A stretch of 64,000 nucleotides of DNA from an uncultured Chthonomonadaceae bacterium (GCA_963817895.1 CAWFQB010000009.1:94868-158867), one strand, 5' to 3'. Numbered from the stretch's first letter, positions 18,913 to 33,516 are shown. Notes: a model not told the origin generated them from the letters alone. Translations and numbers: made by a program.

Positions 18913-19740
18913 CTATTGCCGGGATAACTTGCGATACGCAGCCGGGGAGATGCTCCGATGTTGCGCGAAAACCCGCGAAAAGTAGAAGCGGTTGCTGAAG
19001 CCGGAACGCGCCGCAATCTGGTCAATGCCCGCGTCCGTAAAGGCGAGGCATTGCGCGGCAAAGGTCAGGCGACGTTCCAATACGTACTGTGCAGGCGTTT
19101 GCCCGACACACTCCCGAAAGCGGCGCAGAAAATGATTGGCGCTGAACCCGCAGCAGTTCGCCAGTTGCTCATTGGAAAGATCGCTGGCAAGGTTGTCTTC
19201 AATGGCCTGTAACGCGGCGGCAATGGGTTCCAGCGCGGTCAGCGACTGTTCGGCTAAAAGCGCCTGTTCGGGCGGCATAGCCTCGAACACCAACGCCAAA
19301 CTCTGGCAGAGCAGGGCTTTTATCCGGTATTGCAGCGGCAAACCGATAGGTTCTTCCCGGCGCAAAATAACGCCGAGCGCGTCCAGGGCAGATTCCATAC
19401 CTTCGGCAACAGGAATGGGAACCACGCCGCAAAACGAGCGTCGCAGCAGGAGGGGCGGCAATCCAACAGGGACGAAGTGAACATAAAGGTGTTCAACGGG
19501 CTGTGTCAGGCGGGCATTGAAGCGAGCGCCGGCAGGCACAAAGTAGCACCGTCCCGCTTCCAATTCAAGCGTTCGGTCCTCTAACTCCAGATAGGCCCCC
19601 GCCCGGTCGTTGCGATAAAATCGCCAGTACGTGTCCTCCAAACCGTCGTAGCGCCATTTTTCTAACCACATGGCGCGGGCTTCAAACAGGCGCACTTCGC
19701 ACCGATCCTGTATCCGCGTATTGTCTCGCCTTTTTTGCAT
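18913..19740 (-). CDS. AraC-family transcriptional regulator
   Basis: C-terminal double HTH (LANCCGFSANHFLRRF and IAARSGFSNRFYFSRVF...SPAAYRK). Confidence 0.92.
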   Translation of the reverse strand: MQKRRDNTRIQDRCEVRLFEARAMWLEKWRYDGLEDTYWRFYRNDRAGAYLELEDRTLELEAGRCYFVPAGARFNARLTQPVEHLYVHFVPVGLPPLLLRRSFCGVVPIPVAEGMESALDALGVILRREEPIGLPLQYRIKALLCQSLALVFEAMPPEQALLAEQSLTALEPIAAALQAIEDNLASDLSNEQLANCCGFSANHFLRRFRECVGQTPAQYVLERRLTFAAQCLAFTDAGIDQIAARSGFSNRFYFSRVFAQHRSISPAAYRKLSRQ

Positions 19741-19954
19741 GGTCCTATCCTTTTCCTACACTTTTCGTATCCTTTGTCGGGTTGCCTGTCCTGTCTCCTA
19801 CTCCCTCTCCCCTGCGTTCGCCTCCTTAAATTTTTCCTGATCGTACAATTCTATACAAATGTGCCGGTTTACTGCATTGAATTTGGACAATTTGCTCTGT
19901 ATACTGAATTCAGCGATGGCAATGGATTAAAAACTCAGGAAAAAGGAGAAGAGC

Positions 19955-21764
19955 ATGAAACGCGGGCTACATTTATCGGGAACGGCGGGGCTGCCCATAG
20001 CGGCAGGCGCGTTGTTTATGGCGCTTGTGGCGGCAGTTCCGCATCCGGCCAGAACTGCGCCTGTTTCCCCAACCCTGTGCGCTGTGGACGCGAACACTGT
20101 GGAGCAAACCCTGTTCGTTGCGCCGAATGGCAATGACGCCAATTCAGGAGATCAATCGCGATAAGCCGTTGCGAACCATTCAAAAAGCGGTTGATGCGGC
20201 GGCAGGCAAAAACACGCGCATAATTCTTGCCGATGGCGATTACCGCGAGTACGCTACGGTGGGAGCCGGAACAAATCTGCTCATCGTGCAGGCGCAAAAC
20301 ATCGGCAAAGCCGTAGTTTCCGGTTCAGATGTGTTCACCGGCTGGAAGAAAGAGGCCGACCGGTATACGCATGAGTGGCCGAACAACTGGGGCGTCGGCC
20401 CGACCGGGTTCTTCGGCATAGACTTCAACGTACACGTTCTGGAACGCCGGCGCGAAAACATCTGGATCAATGGCGTTCGGATGCAGCAGGTTCTCAGCCC
20501 GTCAGAGTTGGGGCCGGGAAAGTTCCACGTCGTGGATAACACGGCGAACAATGGCAGGCTGACGCTGGTTCCTCCGGTTGGCGCGGACATGGCGACGGCA
20601 AAGATCGAAGTGGCGGTTCGGGGCGCGTTCCCGGCTGGTGGGCAGTACAACGAGGGCAAATCCCTGTTCGCCGTGAAAGATCACGGCAATCTTCAAATCA
20701 AAGGGCTGGTGTTCCAGCACTCGGCAAACTACTGGAATGCCAGTCCCGCGCTGTCCATTGAGGGTACTTCGCGCGACCCCAAAAACTTTCCAGGCGACAT
20801 TCTGGTGGAAGACTGCGTGATGACCCAAAACAACAGCGTGGGCTTCAGCGCGGGTTTCGTATCGAATCTCATAGCGCGGCGAATCCGGTGCAATGACAAC
20901 GGCGAACGGGGCGCGGGCAGCAGCGTGTTCCGCAACTGGCGCTTCGAGGATTGCGAGTTCAGCCGCAACAACTGGCGCTTTGGCGCGATTATGTACGGAC
21001 ACGACGCGGCGGGCTACAAAACATTCGAGGGCGGCTACTTCGGCGTCCCCTATCTGTCCACCGGGCTGACATTCGCGCGCTGCAAATTCGTGGACAACAA
21101 CAGCGTGGGCTTCTGGACGGATTATGGCGGACGCAATTTCACGTTCGACCGTTGCCTGTTCGCGGGCAATCAGCATGGCGCGATTGCGAGTGAAATGACG
21201 TATGGGCCGTTGACCGTGAAGAACAGCCTGCTGAAGAACAATCGCGGGGCCGCAATCATGGCGTACAACGCGCAGAACATCCGCATTGAAAACAGCGTGT
21301 TGTACGGCAGTTACAAAGGGCCGATGTGGGGGGAAGACGCTGCGCTACTGTGCTTCCATTCCGACCTGCGCAACGACGAGGGCGGCAAAGACACGGTGGA
21401 AGCGGACGAGCCGGACAAATTTACCGGCTTTCAAATTTCCGGCTCAACCCTGATCGCCAACCGTCCCGACTGCGAGTTGTTTCTGGAGGGCAAGGAAGCC
21501 ACGTCGCGCTTCGCCAAACAAACGTTCGTAACAAACGTGAAATCCGATCATAACCGCTGGTTCCGGCGCAGGGGCGCGAATGACCCCGCGAATGACAAAG
21601 CGTTCTTCAGCACAATGCTGTTCAACAACTATCTGGACAACCACCCGGACATCACGTTCCGCCAGTGGCAAATGCTGACCGGGCAGGATATGGCTTCAAT
21701 TTACGCCGATGTATCCGACGCGGAACTCGACGCTTCCCCTGTGCTGACCAAACCCGCGCCCTAA
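19955..21764 (+). CDS. Secreted right-handed parallel beta-helix protein, polysaccharide lyase/hydrolase-like (frameshift near 20155)
   Basis: Signal peptide, LFVAPNGNDANSG joined to KPLRTIQKAVD, and repeated Asn-ladder strands (CEFSRNN, FVDNNSVGFWTD). Confidence 0.8.
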
Positions 21765-22354
21765 CCTGCGATTGGACGCGCGGCCTCCCGCTTTGCCTGC
21801 TCCTGCTCCTGTGGGGATTGGATGCGGCGTATCAGGCGGGCGGGAACGCCGCCCACAAGAGTATATGGTTCCACATCGCGAGTTACCACTGCGCCCGCCG
21901 CGACGACCGCGCCGCGCCCAATCGTCACGCCCTTCAAGATCGTGACCCGAACGGCCAGCCAGACATCCTCCTCGATACGCACGGGCTTTGCATCCGGCCA
22001 TTCCGTATGGTTGCCAACGTCGTGAAAGTCCGTGTCCATAATCAGGGTGTAGTTACCAATCAGGCAGTTCGCGCCAATCGTAACGGATTCCTGCGCGCAA
22101 ATAGATGTGCCGCCATTGATGAACACGTTGTCGCCAATAGTCAGTACGCCATTCGGCAAGGATACCAGTTCTACAGGCACATGCGTCCCTTTGAGGCGGA
22201 CGCGATTGCCTATATACATTTTGCCGTGATTCTCCACGAGGATACGGCCATAGATTTGCGTGAGTTTGCCAAGCGAGGTACAACCGCGCAACGCATATCT
22301 GGCCCGAAGAACCGCCTTGATTTTGTAGTATTTGTCGCGAATTGTTGCCAGCAT
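21761..22354 (-). CDS. Hexapeptide-repeat O-acetyltransferase
   Basis: IGDNVFIN, DTDFH, ILKGVTIGRGAVVAAGAVVTRDV and GGVPAR. Confidence 0.9.
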   Translation of the reverse strand: MLATIRDKYYKIKAVLRARYALRGCTSLGKLTQIYGRILVENHGKMYIGNRVRLKGTHVPVELVSLPNGVLTIGDNVFINGGTSICAQESVTIGANCLIGNYTLIMDTDFHDVGNHTEWPDAKPVRIEEDVWLAVRVTILKGVTIGRGAVVAAGAVVTRDVEPYTLVGGVPARLIRRIQSPQEQEQAKREAARPIAG

Positions 22355-22394
22355 ATCTTGTTACGTAATTCTAATTTCCTTCGCCTGCTGAAAA

Positions 22395-22446
22395 TAGCCC
22401 TCAACCCCCAACCCCTTCTCCCAAAAGAGCCTGGGAGAAGGGGAGT
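22395..22446. repeat. REP-like palindromic element, copy 2
   Basis: TAGCCCTCAACCCCCAACCCCTTCTCCCA-n-TGGGAGAAGGGGAGT. Confidence 0.85.
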
Positions 22447-22533
22447 CGCTCGTGTTCATGCTCTCAGGCGAACGGAACTCATGAGGACTAACCTGCATTT
22501 TAACCGTACCCATACCTGACCTGCCGGAATGTC

Positions 22534-22563
22534 ATTCGCGTTTATTCGCGTTCATTCGCGGCT
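22534..22563. repeat. Decamer tandem repeat (ATTCGCGTTY)3, copy 1
   Basis: attcgcgtttattcgcgttcattcgcggct directly after the leuB stop. A second copy lies at 48709..48738. Confidence 0.8.
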
Positions 22564-23664
22564 CTACTGACTCAACGCCGTGATGACAGCCTCGCCCATT
22601 GCCTTCGTTCCCAATATCGGCGTTCCGGGCGCGGCAATGTCGGCGGTGCGGTGTCCCGCGTTGAGCGTATTCGCCACTGCGGTTTCTATTTGCGCGGCGG
22701 CGGCTTCCTGTCCGAGCGAATGGCGCAACAGCAGGGCTGTGGAAAGAATCGTCGCAAGCGGATTGGCGATATTTTGTCCCGCAATCGTGGGCGCGGAACC
22801 GTGTATCGGCTCATACAGGCCGAACGTGCCGGCCCCGTCCGCTGTAGGCGTCGCGCCCAGACTGGCGGAGGGCAGCATCCCCAAACTGCCCGTCAGCATA
22901 GCCGCTTCATCGCTCAGAATATCGCCGAACATGTTTTCGGTGACGATCACATCGAACTGGCGCGGGTCGCGCACAAGCTGCATGGCGCAGGTATCCACGA
23001 GCATGTGCGACAGTTCCACATCCGCATACTCCCCGCCGATCTCGGTACAAACTTCCCGCCACAATCGCGACGTTTCCAGCACGTTCGCCTTGTCTACGGA
23101 ACACAGCCGCTTGCCCCGCTTTCGCGCCGCCTCGAAGCCGATGCGGACAATGCGCTCAATTTCGGGGCGCGTGTATACGCAGGTATCAATGGCTCTGTTG
23201 CCGCCGTCCTCGCGTCCCTTCGGCTGCCCGAAATAGATGCCGCCCGTCAGTTCCCGCACAACCAGAATATCCAGTCCGCCGCTGACCAGATCGGGGCGCA
23301 GGGACGACACGCCTGCCAGCGCGGGAAACAGGGTCGCGGGGCGCAGGTTGGCGAACAAACCCAATTCTTTCCGCAAGGGCAGCAGCGCGCCCACTTCCGG
23401 GCGCAATGTGGGCGGCTGTATGGCGTCGTACTTCGGTCCGCCCACCGCGCCCAGCAGCACGGCGTCGCTTTGACGGCACAATTCCAGCGTTTCGGGCGGC
23501 AGGGGGTGTCCCGTCGCGTCATACGCCGCGCCGCCGACAAGCGCTTCCGTAAATGCCAGCGTAAACCCATGCTGCCCGGAAACTGCCTGCAACACCTTCA
23601 CCGCTTCAGTGACAATCTCCGGCCCGATACCATCTCCGGCCAATACCGCAATTCGATACGTCAT
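22564..23664 (-). CDS. leuB: 3-isopropylmalate dehydrogenase
   Basis: [45 protein letters not shown] and EPIHGSAP. Confidence 0.97.
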   Translation of the reverse strand: MTYRIAVLAGDGIGPEIVTEAVKVLQAVSGQHGFTLAFTEALVGGAAYDATGHPLPPETLELCRQSDAVLLGAVGGPKYDAIQPPTLRPEVGALLPLRKELGLFANLRPATLFPALAGVSSLRPDLVSGGLDILVVRELTGGIYFGQPKGREDGGNRAIDTCVYTRPEIERIVRIGFEAARKRGKRLCSVDKANVLETSRLWREVCTEIGGEYADVELSHMLVDTCAMQLVRDPRQFDVIVTENMFGDILSDEAAMLTGSLGMLPSASLGATPTADGAGTFGLYEPIHGSAPTIAGQNIANPLATILSTALLLRHSLGQEAAAAQIETAVANTLNAGHRTADIAAPGTPILGTKAMGEAVITALSQ

Positions 23665-23721
23665 GTTGTTGTCTCTTCTCAGTTTTCATTATCGGCATTT
23701 CGCCGTATATCACAAGTATCG

Positions 23722-24201
23722 TCACAGGTCTAAATGTACCAGTTTGAGGAACGGCGCGAGGCCCATGGACTGCCAGAACGCGAGGGCGGCAGGATTGTTT
23801 TCCGCGATATACAGTTCAATCGCGGTCGCTTTGCGCGACACGCACCAGAGCCGCATCTCCTCAAAGAGCGCGGTGGCGACGCCCTTCTGACGCCACTCCT
23901 CACACACATACACATCGGAAATAAATCCATACAGGCCCGGAGAGGCTTTGGGCGGACGCTGCTGCACTTCCCCCAGCACATACCCGGCGAGTTCTCCTGT
24001 GAGCGTGGCTTCGGCAACCAGCACCATGCCGTCCCGTGAGCGCAGAACCTCCTGCACATGGCGGGCGTACTTTTGCTGCGCGTCCGGGGCAAGGGTGAAC
24101 CGCGAATCGAGCGCCTGATGCAGGCGCATCAACTCCAACCACAACTCGGCAATGACAAACCGCTCTGCCAGCCGCGCTTTTCGGATGTGAAAGCCGCTCA
24201 T
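23722..24201 (-). CDS. GNAT-family N-acetyltransferase
   Basis: ISDVYVCEEWRQKGVATAL and NPAALAFWQSMG. Confidence 0.88.
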   Translation of the reverse strand: MSGFHIRKARLAERFVIAELWLELMRLHQALDSRFTLAPDAQQKYARHVQEVLRSRDGMVLVAEATLTGELAGYVLGEVQQRPPKASPGLYGFISDVYVCEEWRQKGVATALFEEMRLWCVSRKATAIELYIAENNPAALAFWQSMGLAPFLKLVHLDL

Positions 24202-24575
24202 GTTCACCCCCACGTCGTTCACAGGCCGGGAACCCGCTCCCCGCTTTTTGTTTGCAGGCATTTATTCTCTTTTCTCGCCACTTCCTCCTGCAATCGAACG
24301 CGAATTTCCTTTTTCGCGCCGATGTTGTCACATTTGTCGTCGTGGTTAGTTGATTAGTACAGTGGGTAAGCAGGGTATAAGCGCAGTTGTTGCCGCGCGG
24401 AGTTTTAACCACCCCGTTACCCGGGAAACATTTGGAACATTCTCGTCCGGTTCTTACGTCCCTTAGATGAGAAACGATGCAATGTGTTTTCCGGTTCGGA
24501 CGTTCTGGAACTGCTGAAAACGCTTTGGCGTTGTTCGCGTCCAGACAGAGAAATGTTGCATAGAGGAGAACGAAT

Positions 24576-24869
24576 ATGTTACGCACAGCAAACGGCATTC
24601 AGAAAATAGCACTGGCAGCGGGCGCGATGTTCGCCATTGGCGGCGCGTTGCCCCTCGCGGCCTCCGCGCAGACGCACCACAGTTTCCTTCACCGCCACTC
24701 GAAAGCGGCGGGCGCTGTCGGCGGTTATGCAGCCTATCGCGCGGCCAAAAATTCGGGACGCAGCCGCATGGCGTCAGGTCGGCATCGCAACGTGTTTCAG
24801 CGACATCCGATGGCGACAGGCGTCGGCGCGGCGGTTCTGACCCATCATTTCGCCAAAAAACATAACTAA
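24576..24869 (+). CDS. Small secreted His-rich basic protein
   Basis: RBS GAGGAG, signal peptide ending ASA, and two internal repeats. Confidence 0.7.
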   Translation: MLRTANGIQKIALAAGAMFAIGGALPLAASAQTHHSFLHRHSKAAGAVGGYAAYRAAKNSGRSRMASGRHRNVFQRHPMATGVGAAVLTHHFAKKHN

Positions 24870-24964
24870 GGCGTGAGCGTGGTTTATCCGCGCCATCATC
24901 AGTCAAATCAGGGGCAATGCAGAAATCTGCATTGCCCCTGTTTCTTGCCAGCCTGCCATACAAT

Positions 24965-24992
24965 AAAACGCCGCTCGATTGAGCGGCGTTTT
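24965..24992. terminator. Bidirectional intrinsic terminator
   Basis: AAAACGCCGCTC-gatt-GAGCGGCGTTTT between convergent genes. Confidence 0.85.
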
Positions 24993-25013
24993 GTCTGAAA
25001 TCAACGCTGGTTT

Positions 25014-25553
25014 TTAATCTAACGGCGCGCCGAACATCGTGCGGACTCCGGCGCGGAACGAAACCGCGTTCGCGCTGTCGGGCATCTCTACCTTGAAGGG
25101 CGCGGACTGACCAGAGGGAAGCGGGTCGAAAGCGATCAGCGCGGACTCGACCTGAACCGCGCGGTTATGGCTGTCCAGCAGTTCTATGACGGCTTCGACA
25201 TTGGAAAATTTCTGGTGGCTGCGGTTGAATACGCTGCCAGTCACGGTGACAAACCCCAATCGGCGCTCCACATTGGCGTTAGCAATTAAAACCCTGCCAT
25301 TGGCGTTGGGCGTGGATACCATGCGCAGGAAGGAAGTGGCTGCCGCGTTCGCGCTGCCGATGCGAACGCCCAGCGCGGTGCAGGCGCTCATGGTCAGACA
25401 TAATGCGCTCATGATCGCAATCGCGCGCAGGGGCTTCGTTCGTCGCCGCGTTCGGCGCTGCGGCGAAAGGGCGGGCGTGGAAACCGGCTCCTGAAATTCT
25501 ACTGGTTCTTGCCAACGTAATGGAACGCTCATGCTTGTTACCTCATCCTCCAA
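25014..25553 (-). CDS. FxLYD-domain membrane-anchored protein
   Basis: Basic stretch and TM helix, then VTGSVFNRS...VIELLDSHNRAV...PLPSGQSAPFKV. Start codon uncertain. Confidence 0.7.
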   Translation of the reverse strand: MEDEVTSMSVPLRWQEPVEFQEPVSTPALSPQRRTRRRTKPLRAIAIMSALCLTMSACTALGVRIGSANAAATSFLRMVSTPNANGRVLIANANVERRLGFVTVTGSVFNRSHQKFSNVEAVIELLDSHNRAVQVESALIAFDPLPSGQSAPFKVEMPDSANAVSFRAGVRTMFGAPLD

Positions 25554-25860
25554 GTAGTCGCGGAAGCGGCGTCAACTGCAACACAGCCCTCAAGAACCCC
25601 GGTTGCAAAGATAGTGTATCAAATAACACGCATACTTGTCAACCCTTTTTTGTCCTGAAAGCGCCTACTCTTATCTGCAAGACGCTTCAATTTCGTTTCA
25701 AGTTCCGACAAGTATGGTATTGTTACTCTACGGGTAGTCCCATTACAGGAAAGCGTTCGTACAATTAGTATGACATTTTTTCTACAGTCGAGTCGAATCT
25801 CAGAAAAAGATTCTTTTTCGCGTGTTTCTCTGGCGGTGTAATTCGACGAGGAGTTTGATT

Positions 25861-25940
25861 ATGCCGCGTAAAGATACTATTTACGAAGCCGTTAAGAACG
25901 CCCTTGTCAAAGATGGCTGAACAACCACGCGCAATCCGTG
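25861..25940 (+). pseudogene. XisH-family (fdxN element excision factor) 5-prime remnant
   Basis: RBS GAGGAG, then MPRKDTIYEAVKNALVKDG*TTTRNP. This matches the XisH N-terminal pattern (MxxKDxxHxxVKNALxKDGWxITxDP) with Trp changed to TGA, and the gene is then truncated. Confidence 0.7.
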
Positions 25941-25942
25941 TA

Positions 25943-26179
25943 TTATTTCGTTTCTTTATCGGCAGTCAAATAGCCGACAAAGAGGCTCAGGAGAAAAGCA
26001 CAGAAGAGTCCAATGTTTGACAACGCAACGTGAGAACTGTAGTTTGTAGTGGCTGGCGCAATGAGCAGCAGGGAGATTACGAGCATTCCAATGCCCTGCA
26101 TTTGAACGTTCTTTTGCATCATAACCCGCACAATTGGTATGTTTTTGAGGCGCCTAATGCGAATTCCAATTTTATCCAT
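25943..26179 (-). CDS. Small two-TM membrane protein
   Basis: 78-aa ORF with an RBS and two hydrophobic helices. Its 3-prime ~115 bp is duplicated at 33401..33516. Confidence 0.6.
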   Translation of the reverse strand: MDKIGIRIRRLKNIPIVRVMMQKNVQMQGIGMLVISLLLIAPATTNYSSHVALSNIGLFCAFLLSLFVGYLTADKETK

Positions 26180-26275
26180 GCTACTCCAACTAACCTCTCA
26201 TACCCTTGATGTTTACAAATCGCACTTCGGTTCAAGGCTGCGCGGTATCATTGACTAATTCACTGTCGCACATTT

Positions 26276-26797
26276 CTACAGTTCCAAATTTCCCAATGCA
26301 GACTGTACCTGTGGATTTTCGTAACCTTCATCTATAGGCAAGTCTTTGCCGCGCATAGCCTTCCCGGAGAGGCAGTCACAACATTCGTTTTCGGCAATGC
26401 CTGCGTGTCCTTTTACCCATTCAAAGGTTACTTTTTGCCTTGCGCACAGATCGAGAAGACACGCCCACAGGTCGGGATTTACCGCCGCATCCTTTTTGTT
26501 CCGCATCCAGTTATTCCTGCGCCAGCGTTCCGCCCAGCCGAGCATAATGGTATCCGCGAGGTATTTTAAATCAGTGTAAATAGTGACGGCGCAACGATAA
26601 CGCAGGGCTTCCAGACCGGCAATAGCCGCCATGATCTCCATGCGGTTGTTAGTCGTTCGCCGAAACCCGCCTGACAGTTCCCGCCGCTTCTCGCCGTACA
26701 GCAGAACCACGCCATACCCGCCCGGTCCGGGGTTGTCCATGCAGCCGCCATCCGTGTACATCGTGACCTGCTTGAGTTCGCTGTCGCCGTCCGCCAA
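26276..26797 (-). CDS. rnhA: Ribonuclease HI
   Basis: YTDGGCMDNPGPGGYG, TTNNRMEIMAAI, IYTD, NPDLW and WVKGHAG. TTG start inferred from a GGAGG RBS. Confidence 0.92.
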   Translation of the reverse strand: MADGDSELKQVTMYTDGGCMDNPGPGGYGVVLLYGEKRRELSGGFRRTTNNRMEIMAAIAGLEALRYRCAVTIYTDLKYLADTIMLGWAERWRRNNWMRNKKDAAVNPDLWACLLDLCARQKVTFEWVKGHAGIAENECCDCLSGKAMRGKDLPIDEGYENPQVQSALGNLEL

Positions 26798-26880
26798 TTC
26801 ACAGCCTCCAACACTGGAAAATACTTCCCATCCGCGCCATACAGCCCCCACAATCTATGACTGCGCATATTCATCTGGAA

Positions 26881-27567
26881 TCACTTTTCCATTTTCAACG
26901 GCAATCGGGGAACAGAGTTGAGCGTTTCAAACAGCAGAACTACCGGTTCCCCGCTTTTCCTTCTCCCCTTTTTGATTGTTGGTGGGACGAATCCTGCTTC
27001 CATACTCTGCACCCAACGGACCAGTTTTCGCGCGTCGAAATGCAGCCCGCTTAGGAGAGAGGAATCGGGGCTAAAGGAGAGTTCCAATCCTGTCTCTTCC
27101 GTTTCCATTTCGCTCCGGAAAGGGGCTAACGGTTCACCACAACGATACTCCTGAATCCAGCAGGCTCCCTCGTGGAAGTTACGGACACAAAAACATTCAC
27201 TGAGGGCATTTACAACCGTTACCCCTATCCCGCAGCATGACCGCTTGAGGCGAGGATTTGCTTTATTGTTGCGGCAGGCGTATAATTTCGTGAATTGCGC
27301 TTCCGCAGGTATATACCCGGCGGCAGTCGGCGTCATGGAAAGCCCGCGTCCGTTATGGCGGACGGTAACGCTGCAATCAGGCGAAACGGATACTCGGACT
27401 TGTGCGCAGTAGCCACTCACGGCTTCGTCAATGGCAAGGCACAACGCTTCCTGAATCAAACGGTTGAGTAGCGCAGGGTCATCAAGTTTGCCCACGTACA
27501 TCTCAGGCCGACGGCGGATTGCCTCCTGTGTAGATAAAACTTTGATTTCATAATCTATGTAATACAT
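26881..27567 (-). CDS. Stand-alone degenerate GyrB/ParE-like GHKL ATPase domain
   Basis: IKVLSTQEAIRRRPEMYVG, EALCLAIDEAVSG, VTVRHNGRG and GIGVTVVNALSE. Only 228 aa, with no transducer or TOPRIM domain. Confidence 0.8.
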   Translation of the reverse strand: MYYIDYEIKVLSTQEAIRRRPEMYVGKLDDPALLNRLIQEALCLAIDEAVSGYCAQVRVSVSPDCSVTVRHNGRGLSMTPTAAGYIPAEAQFTKLYACRNNKANPRLKRSCCGIGVTVVNALSECFCVRNFHEGACWIQEYRCGEPLAPFRSEMETEETGLELSFSPDSSLLSGLHFDARKLVRWVQSMEAGFVPPTIKKGRRKSGEPVVLLFETLNSVPRLPLKMEK

Positions 27568-27619
27568 TACATCCTATTCTTTATCGTTGTGAGTTGTGGT
27601 GTGTTGGCGGGGTGTCAGG

Positions 27620-28387
27620 TCAGGAAGGCGATTGGGAAATCAGGGTGAAAATTCGATGCAGAATACTCATATCGGGGTTGGGAAAGCGGGTTTGAAGCAG
27701 CGCCTGCAATTCTGCATCAAACACGGCGACTTGCTCCGGGGACAAACTCGCGCTGATTCCCACGCTGGCGCGAATACGGCCCCGCCAACTCTCATGCGTG
27801 TAGGGTACGGGAACATCATAGGTGAAACTTTCAATGTTGGTAAATCCCGCTTCAGCGACATCCCGAAACCACTGTTCATAAATGCCACAGCCACCGCCCA
27901 AGTTCCAACTGGGATTGTGCGCCATAATCAGATTTTCGGTCAATTCTACAACATTGTCTTTCAGCGGCAGCCAATCCAGATGCGCAATGACGAGCAGGCC
28001 GCCGGGTTTGAGGATACGCTTCACTTCTTCCGCCGCAACGGGGCGGTTGAACCAGTGCCAGCATTGTCCGGCAGTCACCACATCCGCCTCATTGTCCGGC
28101 AAACTCGCTGCTTCAGCAGTGGCGTTTCGATATTCGACCTGAACATTGACTTGCTCGTCCAGACGGCGAGCGGCTTCCAGCATGGGCTGCGCGGGATCAA
28201 TGCCGATCACGCGACAGCCCTGACCGGCAAAACTCCGCGCCAACGTGCCGGTTCCCGTTCCTAAATCCACAATGCGCTGGCCCACACTTCCGATACCAAA
28301 TGTGGCTAAACGCGCAAACAAGGAAGGCGGAAACCCGGCGCGAAACTGCGCGTAATCCTTTGCGGTCTTGCCAAAATCAGCCTGCAT
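27620..28387 (-). CDS. Class I SAM-dependent methyltransferase
   Basis: DFGKTAKDYAQFR, VDLGTGTG, AGQCWHWF and RILKPGG. Confidence 0.9.
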   Translation of the reverse strand: MQADFGKTAKDYAQFRAGFPPSLFARLATFGIGSVGQRIVDLGTGTGTLARSFAGQGCRVIGIDPAQPMLEAARRLDEQVNVQVEYRNATAEAASLPDNEADVVTAGQCWHWFNRPVAAEEVKRILKPGGLLVIAHLDWLPLKDNVVELTENLIMAHNPSWNLGGGCGIYEQWFRDVAEAGFTNIESFTYDVPVPYTHESWRGRIRASVGISASLSPEQVAVFDAELQALLQTRFPNPDMSILHRIFTLISQSPS

Positions 28388-28491
28388 AAAATTCTTCCTT
28401 CCCACTGAGTAATTTGCCTGCCAAGCGCCTGTTCCTATGTTCCCCGCGCCATTCTGGTATACTTTACGTAACAAAAAGAGACACGTTATAA

Positions 28492-32424
<3,933 letters not shown>

Positions 32425-32445
32425 CCAAATCAAAGCAATGGCGAA

Positions 32446-32487
32446 AAGAAGGAACTGCCTCTAAATATGAGAGGCAGTTCCTTCTTT
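32446..32487. terminator. Intrinsic terminator hairpin
   Basis: AAGAAGGAACTGCCTCT-n-AGAGGCAGTTCCTTCTTT. Confidence 0.8.
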
Positions 32488-32587
32488 CTATGTTAAGCGT
32501 CATCGTCTCACCTTCAACCCGCCCGAAGCGCGCCACCTTACCGAATTCGCCGTCTCATAACGAACGTGACAACCTGTTTGGTGGATT

Positions 32588-33016
32588 TCAGATAGACCAA
32601 TCCTTGAATTTAAGGTTAGGAACACGGGAGAAATGTTGTGTATTTCTCGTCAAAACCGTTGCGTCGTTGGCAAGGGCAATTGCGGCGATTTTGAGGTCTT
32701 GCGTGCCGATGCGGATGCGTTGGCTCTTGAGGTCATCGAAATGCGCTGCCGCCTGCGCATCAAAAGGAAGCACGGTCATAGCGCAATAAATGGCGAGAGT
32801 AGTCGCAAGAGAATTGTAAGGCGCGATAAATCCCGTTCCGGTCTGCATACGCGCGATTTCTGCCATCCAGCCGCGCATTTGTTCCTCATAAACGACAACA
32901 CAGGTGACGACACTCTCTTCGGGAACGGCGCTGAGACGCAACTCCAAACGCAGGGCATTCGCGCCGCCACGCCGTAAGAGACTCATATGATCCGTGTCGA
33001 GGAGATATAGATTCAA
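32588..33016 (-). CDS. vapC: VapC-family PIN-domain toxin
   Basis: YLLDTD, EEQMRGW, DLKIAAIAL and TRNTQHFSRVPNLKFKDW. Confidence 0.9.
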   Translation of the reverse strand: MNLYLLDTDHMSLLRRGGANALRLELRLSAVPEESVVTCVVVYEEQMRGWMAEIARMQTGTGFIAPYNSLATTLAIYCAMTVLPFDAQAAAHFDDLKSQRIRIGTQDLKIAAIALANDATVLTRNTQHFSRVPNLKFKDWSI

Positions 33017-33241
33017 TTACTCGTTTCCCTCATCATCGGCGGGACGGTCAGCGTTGCGCCACTCCTGACCAAGCCGAACCGCCTCATCAAAATGGGGGTT
33101 GTTGGCGTCAATTCCGACAAACCATCGCCAGCCGCGCTTCTTCGCGGCAGATTGTTGCGCTTGTTCCGCTAACTGTTCCTGTACTGTCAGGAGGGTGCTT
33201 TCCAACTTCTGAACGCGCGTTTCCAGAGTTTCCGTTGCCAT
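33017..33241 (-). CDS. Probable antitoxin of the VapC toxin
   Basis: Small coiled-coil protein immediately upstream of vapC, with FDEAVRLGQEWR and an acidic tail. Confidence 0.75.
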   Translation of the reverse strand: MATETLETRVQKLESTLLTVQEQLAEQAQQSAAKKRGWRWFVGIDANNPHFDEAVRLGQEWRNADRPADDEGNE

Positions 33242-33400
33242 GCGTAGATTGCTCCTTTCATGCGGATGATCGAATTATACCATAGCCGCTACTCGCTGGA
33301 CAAACATGAATTTTACGCAGCGCCGAAAACAGCAGAAAGCGACAGGGACACAAAGCCCATAGCAACCCCTCATCTTTCAGGGGGTCCGCGCTGATAGGCT

Positions 33401-33516
33401 TTACTTCTTTTCTTTGTCAGCAGTCAAATAGCCGACAAAGAGGCTCAGGAGAAAAGCGCAGAAGAGGCTAATGTTTGACAACGCAACGTGAGAACTATAG
33501 TTTGTAGTGGCTGGCG
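33401..33516. repeat. Diverged copy of 25943..26058 (3-prime half of the small membrane-protein gene)
   Basis: Long identical blocks such as GCAGTCAAATAGCCGACAAAGAGGCTCAGGAGAAAAGC and AATGTTTGACAACGCAACGTGAGAACT. Confidence 0.9.

Noticed and set aside
25918..25920. TGA in the XisH remnant as a second recoded codon or a sign of UGA=Trp
   Set aside because: The gene is truncated a few codons later, no hairpin follows, and many intact genes here end in TGA. It is a simple TGG-to-TGA nonsense change.
33355..33400. Hairpin upstream of the vapBC-like pair as an IS200/IS605 end
   Set aside because: The stem is imperfect, there is no tnpA or tnpB, and there is no second copy in the window.
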